Source: Chromera velia (taxonomy: Eukaryota). Taken from it: a stretch of DNA of 57,609 nucleotides. The DNA lies in NCBI GenBank assembly GCA_018398765.1, contig JAHBMJ010000080.1, forward strand, positions 1-57,609, in the 5' to 3' direction. How positions within the stretch are numbered: position 1 is the stretch's first letter; the number at the start of each line of letters is the position of its first letter. Positions 51,161 to 57,609 of this stretch are shown here, in pieces. A program made the translations under genes and the position numbers. Under the pieces are notes generated by a model. That model saw only the letters and a program-made list of their open reading frames with translations. It had not been told where the DNA came from and did no database searches.

Positions 51161-51745
51161 CTAGGAGGCAGCACTTCAGGATGGTTACTAAAAATATTAA
51201 GTAGTTTTAACACCCCCTTCTATGTATATCATTAAGCTAGCACCTTAAAAGTGTTACCAATCAATTGTTTAGCTTAAGTTACTTCTAAAAATATCTCAAC
51301 AAGCTTGAAACACTTTATGGTTCTTGAACATGCAATTATATGATTTCGATATGTCACTTCAACATTTGATAAAAAGGCCTCTAACCGAGGAACCCGCAAC
51401 CATTTTTGACCCCTAATAAGAAGTGAGTAACCATCCACTATAAGGTCCTTAAACATGTTTTAAACAAGTTTTAAACACTTTTTAGGATAGACTTTGAATG
51501 ATGGTTACTGACTTAAAATGGTCTCTAACCAAGTAACCCGTAATATTATGAAGCGACATATATTTAACCCCCATAATATATAAGAAAACGAATAACCCCT
51601 ACCAAAATTTTATGTTTTTTTAAAGTAACTCGTCAAGCCGCACCTGAAAAATGTTTGGTTACTAAAAAATCTAACAAAATATTTATTTTTTTTGGTTATA
51701 TCAGCTCGAAAATCTAGTATACATACCAGAAGTGCTGCCCCCTAG
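51161..51745. mobile_element. AT-rich MITE
   Basis: CTAGGAGGCAGCACTTC versus GAAGTGCTGCCCCCTAG; internal AACC..G.AACCCG subrepeats. Confidence 0.6.
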
Positions 51746-54569
51746 GTGAGAATTTTAGCAGCTGCTGCATCCTCCTCTTCTTCAGTACCAGCTCAAGCAC
51801 CTCCTCCCCAAGTACCGTTCCCCCCCACTCCTGCCCCCCCTTCTGCTCCATTTGACTCTGCGGGAATTTTAGTAGCTACTGCGTCCTCCTCTTCTTCAGC
51901 ACCAGCCCAAGCACCTCCCTCTCAAACACTGTTCCCCCCCCCTCCTGCCCCCCTTTCTGCTCCACTTGAGAAGCGTAGATGGCCACACAATCATTATACC
52001 ATTCCAGAAGCCCAAGAAAAGTGGATTTTGAAGCAGGTCAAAACACAGGTGGGGTCTGATGATTCTGGAAACCCTAAGCTATCTGAGATGTCAGGGTGGA
52101 TTGATCCCTAAAACTACCTCCCCTCATTAAAGTGTCCTCTCTCGCCAGCTAAATTTACTTTGAAGAAGGTTTTTTTTCTAGAATCCAAGAAAACATCCCA
52201 TCGTCAGTTCTGTTGGCACCCTTGAATGTGTTCAAAAGGGATGCAGTCGGGAGGTAGAGGTAAAGGGAACTTGGTGTGAAGGCTCCCTTTTTATCCCAGC
52301 AAGAGAGCCGTGGTACTTCTTTTCTGTCAGACTGAGGTATTCAAATACCCGCTACAAACATTATTCAACCACTTTCCTTTCCACAGACCACCGTTTTCTT
52401 AGACAAGTTAGGAGAAGCAACGCTTGTCTATTTCTCCGGTGAGATGAAACCGGGGGTATACGGCATTGTAGATCCCAAACTTTTAACAGAAATGCAGTAG
52501 TTTGCGGTTTCTCAAGGGAGGAGCACTCGGGTCATCCGTGAGAGCCTCTTGGAGGTTTCTTACAACAGCTACCTTCGTTTGTTCCTCCGATATGCTGCTG
52601 CTGTTCGAACGTATAAATTGAAACTCGAATTTCACATCCCTGTCTCCGACTATCCCACAATTGCTCCTGCATCTTGTAAACCTTTCTGTTCATTTGTAGA
52701 GTGGTTTCACCAATCCTTTCCCGATGAGAACACGATTCGAGGATGCATGGTTGCCACATTCGAGGGGAAAGAAGACCTCTTTGATGCATGCCTTAGGGGT
52801 CAGTTTGGGAGAATTTTTATCTTTTGACCACTCTTAAATGACTTCTTTGAAAGTGGAGAATTTCAAAGCAGGGGCTCATCAGTACGCATCGATAGTGAAT
52901 AAAATCTCAATCACCCTCGCACATGCCCTTGTTCATTCAGTCCGATTGAGCGAAGTCGAACAGATGTTTGTGCAACTGGCAAAAAGGCTAGGCAAAAAGG
53001 TGGAAGAGGATGAGAGAGTTAAACAGACAGCTGCAAAATATACAGAGAAGGTTGCAAGCCCCTGCTGTTCGTTTTTTTGACTCAGAAGGTGAGGGAGGAG
53101 AGAGAAGGGTGGAAGGAGATGGAGATGAAGAGATATGGGGGGGTGGTGTTGCTTTAGAAGGAGAGGGCAAGGAAGAAGAGATGAGGGTAAAGAGAGGAAG
53201 AGACAAAGCTACGTTTAAGGGGAGTGAGGGTGAGGAAGGGGAAAGAAGGGTAGAAGGAGATGGAGACGAAGAGATGAAGGGGGGGTGGTATTGCTTTCGA
53301 CGTCGATGATTTGATCATAAAATATATGTCCCTCTCTAAAGTTGCAAGGATTGATGCCAAATCGGATTTGTCCGTAGAAGAAATCACGCAGTTGGAAGAA
53401 GATTTAAACTTTTAAGGAGAAGAGAGGAGAAGACAGGGGCAGTGAGCCTGTAGAAGAGGGTGTGGAAGCTAAAAGTGCTGTAGCAGAGCGCAGGGGGGGG
53501 CGAACAGGAAGGGGGCGATGCGACTATTCAAGAGATGTGATACTATCTTCTGCCAACAATGCATTGCACAGAAAGAAGACGGGAGGGAGAGTGGTAAACA
53601 AATGTCCTTCACAGTGCCCAAAGCTTGCGAAGCTTGTAGAGACTCTGGCCACTGAGGGGAAGGATGAACACGTAATTTGGAAAGAATATGAAAAGGTTCG
53701 GCTGATCTGAAAGCAATACCTGGAAAGACTTGCCCCCCTTTCTCTTCCGAGCACCACCCCGGCTCTGATTAGAATCTTTTTGAACAAAAATAAAGAGAGG
53801 ACCGCAGTGCAGGAGTACATAAATAACATGTCCGTACAAGATCACGTGGGGCTGGCATACAACAGCTCCTCCGTTGCCTGGTCTGTACCCACTGCACTGA
53901 GTAGAGCAGCTGTAGTTGCTGACACTTTTCTTTCTATTCTTCTGCCAGGAAGGGAGGTGGCAGGAGGTGGCTCTGCAAGAGGCTAGGCAGGAGGGGAAGG
54001 GATCTGAAGAGCAGGCCGGGGGCGGGTTGATAGATGGAGAAGATGTTCGTATGGAGGATCCTCAAGGTAGGGAGTCAGATGAAGATGCCCCCCTTATGCT
54101 CCCTCCCCAGTCTTAACATGCAGCTGCAGCTGCAGCTTCTTCTACAAGCTCCTCTGCAGCCGCACCTAACGTCCAGCCTGCAGACACAGGAAATTGTTGC
54201 AAGAGAACTTAATCCATGAAAATGAATGGCGTTGAAGTTATATGCAGTGAGCCCATGTCTGCGCACAGACGAATTCAGAGTCTCTACTGGTGCACAAAAT
54301 TCTAGCCAACTAGAAGGGACTTTGAAGCAGCGATTCCAGAATTGAAAAGACAAACAAAAATGAAGAAAGAAATTAAGAAAAAATTGCGATGCCCCCATTA
54401 TAAAAAATTGTATGCAGATGCTCCCCTTCACAACTTTCCTCGCAAAGATGTTGTGCATTTAATTTATCCTGAGAAGCATGAGAGGTATTCACAGTTCCTC
54501 AGAGGAAAAGGTGGAGCGCTTGTTAAATACAGGGAAGGGAGGGAAAATGCCCATCAAAATAGTTGTTAA
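51746..54569 (+). pseudogene. Large decayed ORF, probably a DNA-transposon transposase (DUF6729-associated type, tentative)
   Basis: Chain of fragmented ORFs with Cys-containing segments, then F.DHS..TSLKV...ASIVN.....LAHALVHS....EV..MF..L..R and a C-terminal basic zinc-knuckle-like piece. Confidence 0.45.
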
Positions 54570-55331
54570 AACAAAACGTTAATATTGTATAAAATTGTCA
54601 TTATCATATTTATCTATTGTTCATTAGTTGAATGATTAGTTCTATAGTTATCTCTTCTTCTAGTGAGAGAGTATGGTAGGTCTGTTTGATTTATAGATAT
54701 ATCAATGTTTTACATATTAAAAATTAGATCGCATTATTCGTGTATTAAAAAAATTTTAATGCCTAAATTACATAAGTTAACTTGAATATTTTTTGAAATA
54801 ATAATTTGAAGATTTAGTTTTTTACTATTTCTAAAATATTAAACTATCTCTGTCTGACTTTAAAGCTAGAGAGTACATGCAGTGCGCTTCGCACGCTTGA
54901 ACGTTTTGTGTCACAACCGTGTGCCCCCAGGGCATTTTTTGTTCCCCAGCCCCGCACCGGAGGGCCCATGCAGAGTGACCTGTTGTTCAGTCGCCGTGAG
55001 AGATCCGTGACAGTCGGTGAAAAGACTCAGGCTGCGCACTATGCTGCACTTCCTTGACGATGCAATCACAGTGTGAGACTTATCATGAAGTACTCTTGAT
55101 ACATGCCGCGTACTGAATGCGCGTCTTGTGCAACCCAGCAGAAACCCAGCAAAAACTTAGCAGAAACTCTTCTACAGCAGAAACCGAGCATATTGATTCT
55201 TCTCTCGTTTTTGAGAGCCTCCATTTGAGCCTTTTCTGACTGTGGCTCATTTCAGCCATCTCTTCATCACTTCTCTCCTTCTCAGTCTCTTCTCTTTCTT
55301 TCCTCTGTGCTTAGAGGGCAGCAGTAAAGTC

Positions 55332-56690
55332 ATGGATGACGGTAGTAAGAAGCAACTCGATCCCCTGCCCCCTCCTAATACGCCTCTTGACGTCCAAGCA
55401 GCAAAGTCTCTCATTTCCGAGGCAGTGAAAGATATAAAGGGAGGGATTGAGAATCCTAGTTGAGAATCTTACTCAGGAATTTTTTAAAGTATTCGTCTCC
55501 AAGGACGACCACCAAGCAGAGCAGAAGAAGACCCACAATCTTATCAAGAAAGGGAAGGACAACCTTTACATCTGTGAGGCGAAGATATCTGAGGTGCAGA
55601 TCTCTTTGTTGGAGCAGTGGGTGGACAGGGAAAAGAAGCTTGAGCTTTATAAGAAGAACTCAGAGGTGATCCATGGATTTGATTTTGAATTCCCCTCCCG
55701 GGGCCGCACGCTCAGGCTGATAAAGAGAAAGCATTGGAGATCGGAGCCCTGGATGAAGAGGGAGGATAGAGTAGGTTCAAGCAGATGGACTTTCCCCAAC
55801 AGACGTACCCTTTCTCTCCTCTGTCCCGCTTTCTCTCTGCGATGCAGAAAATTGTGGAGGAGGAGGTTGAGAAAGGCACTTTTCCTGCTATCCCTGCCTC
55901 CCAGAGAAATGGAACATTCTCTCATTCTCTATCATCTCGAGGTCTAACGAGGGGAGGAGATGGAATATTGATGAAATCGAGTTCGACCAGGAACACCACC
56001 GTCCCTTCTCCCATCTTTACGAAGCCTGCAGAGCCCAGATGAATGTCTTAAACAAGAGAGATCCCCTCCTCCTCTTCTCTCTTTCCTGGGAGACCACACC
56101 CAAGATCCGAATCCACACTGGGAGTTCCCCTTTCTACCGCCTCTTTGGTAAGGTGAAGAGAGCGGTGGCAAATATGGAGAGGGGGTATGGCATCGCTATG
56201 CCAGAAGACAAGCAGCTTGCTCAGCAGTTGGGGGGGTTGCGTGAGGACTTCTTGAAGGCTGGAGGGAGGGAGAAGAGAGCCAGGTTGACCACCAGGCTCT
56301 TCATATTCCATTTGGAGTGGATAACGACAGACATGTTCTCTCGTTTCCGCTCCGAAGACGCTTACGAGGTGCCCACAGACCCCAGACAACCCAGAGTTGC
56401 CTTGACCGAAACCGGAGAGGAGGGGAAGAGAAAAGCAGACCACAATTCCCCGAGCACTATCGAGCAGAACAAAAACACAGGTTGAAGCAGAAAGAGACTT
56501 CCGGAATCAATAACTGCCGCCTCACATTCACAGCTGCGATGCAAAGGGGCAGAGACGTGGGGGTCAGCGAGGGATGGGACGGGGGTCTACTGAATCAGTC
56601 AGGAGATGCGGATGCAATGGACGTTAATGAATCTATGGAGGGTCGGAGGGAAGGGAACGGGGGGGTTTGGCCCCCCCAGCAGCAATAAAC
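55332..56690 (+). pseudogene. Decayed ORF, possibly LINE ORF1-like (coiled coil + RRM/CTD-like)
   Basis: Frameshifted coding-like fragments; ED..L...L..LR..F...G...ARL...L.I...W is reminiscent of ORF1 C-terminal domains. Confidence 0.35.
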
Positions 56691-57577
56691 TGCAAGCAAA
56701 TCCCCCTCCCCGAGGGGAGGTAATCAGAAGAAGCAGAGGGACACCACTCCCCTCCCCCCATCTATGCGAGTCCCTCTTCAGTGCCCCGTCTCTCGCCGTT
56801 GGTCCTCCGTCGCCCGTCTCCATCTGCCAGTTCCCCTTCCCTCACAAGAACGTTCCGCATACTTTGAGACCAACGTGTTACAACGCTCGTTTTTATGGAT
56901 GAGTAAAAAGATTGGACACTGTACCCCCCACATAAGAAAGCAGGAAGGAGCGAAGGGGGCGCAGTCTAGGTGCGTCGGTCACCCCATGAACAGACGTTTC
57001 TCCTCTTCTCCTTCTCACCATGAGTGTGCGAATCTTCTCGGCAAGACAGCTCCACTCTTTGTCAATGACCCCCTTGATATGCCAATCCCTTCAGCCCCTC
57101 CTCTTTCCTCCGTTTTGCATCACTCTTTTTCTTTACAATCTCCTGACGCTTGTTTTTCTGCCTTGACTCCTTTGAAAACCCCTCCATCACTTCAGAATCT
57201 TCCTCCCTCACTTTCTCTGATAATCTGACCACTCACACGTCTGCTTCCTGTGCTAGGCTTGCGGCCTTTTTACTCCCTTTGCTTGCAGGCATATCTCTGC
57301 CCGCTGGGGTGGTGTGCAGAAACAGATGGTCTGTGCTGGGAGAGGAAGAAGAGGAAGATAAGAGCACGAACGTGAGTAGCCAGTCTACTCAGTCTTCTCC
57401 TCACGTTTTTCTCCATCTATCATCTCTCCCCCCACTTAGCTCCTGCCCTCCCACATGGGGCTCTCGTCCGGTTTGGGATGGTTTGCCTTCTCTCCTTTCT
57501 TCTCCTCTTCCTCATTCTCCACTCAAGGAATACATTCCGCTCTCCTCTGTGATTCCTCCCCCTGGCTTTATCCCGAT

Positions 57578-57609
57578 GAGATGTCTGACTTCGAATACTT
57601 CTTCTGAGT
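57578..57609 (+). mobile_element. Start of a second Copia RNase H fragment
   Basis: 32 bp identical to 49211-49242 (GAGATGTCTGACTTCGAATACTTCTTCTGAGT). Confidence 0.75.

Overview
Eukaryotic nuclear DNA with microsatellite-filled spliceosomal introns and TGCATGCA-rich upstream regions. It resembles a chromerid/alveolate such as Chromera, which is an inference only. By matching splice phases by hand I reconstructed four multi-exon genes: a PIERCE/DUF4490-like ciliary protein (+), a Tudor-like + PWWP-like chromatin protein (-), an SDS22-like LRR protein (+) and a tandem CCCH zinc-finger protein (-). There is also one intronless UDP-glycosyltransferase (+). Between genes lie AT-rich islands of nested non-autonomous TIR transposons, several with clean TSDs. 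Other mobile remnants are a decayed Penelope-like retroelement that appears to have an N-terminal GIY-YIG endonuclease, an internally deleted Copia element, a BED-finger hAT remnant and several decayed ORFs. The most notable signals are (i) a dispersed ~220-bp multi-box cassette upstream of three gene loci, (ii) strongly C->T-biased, RIP-like decay of repeats, and (iii) a MITE family with CACAGTG-containing TIRs but 8-bp TSDs. Most short ORFs in the track are microsatellite or antisense artefacts.
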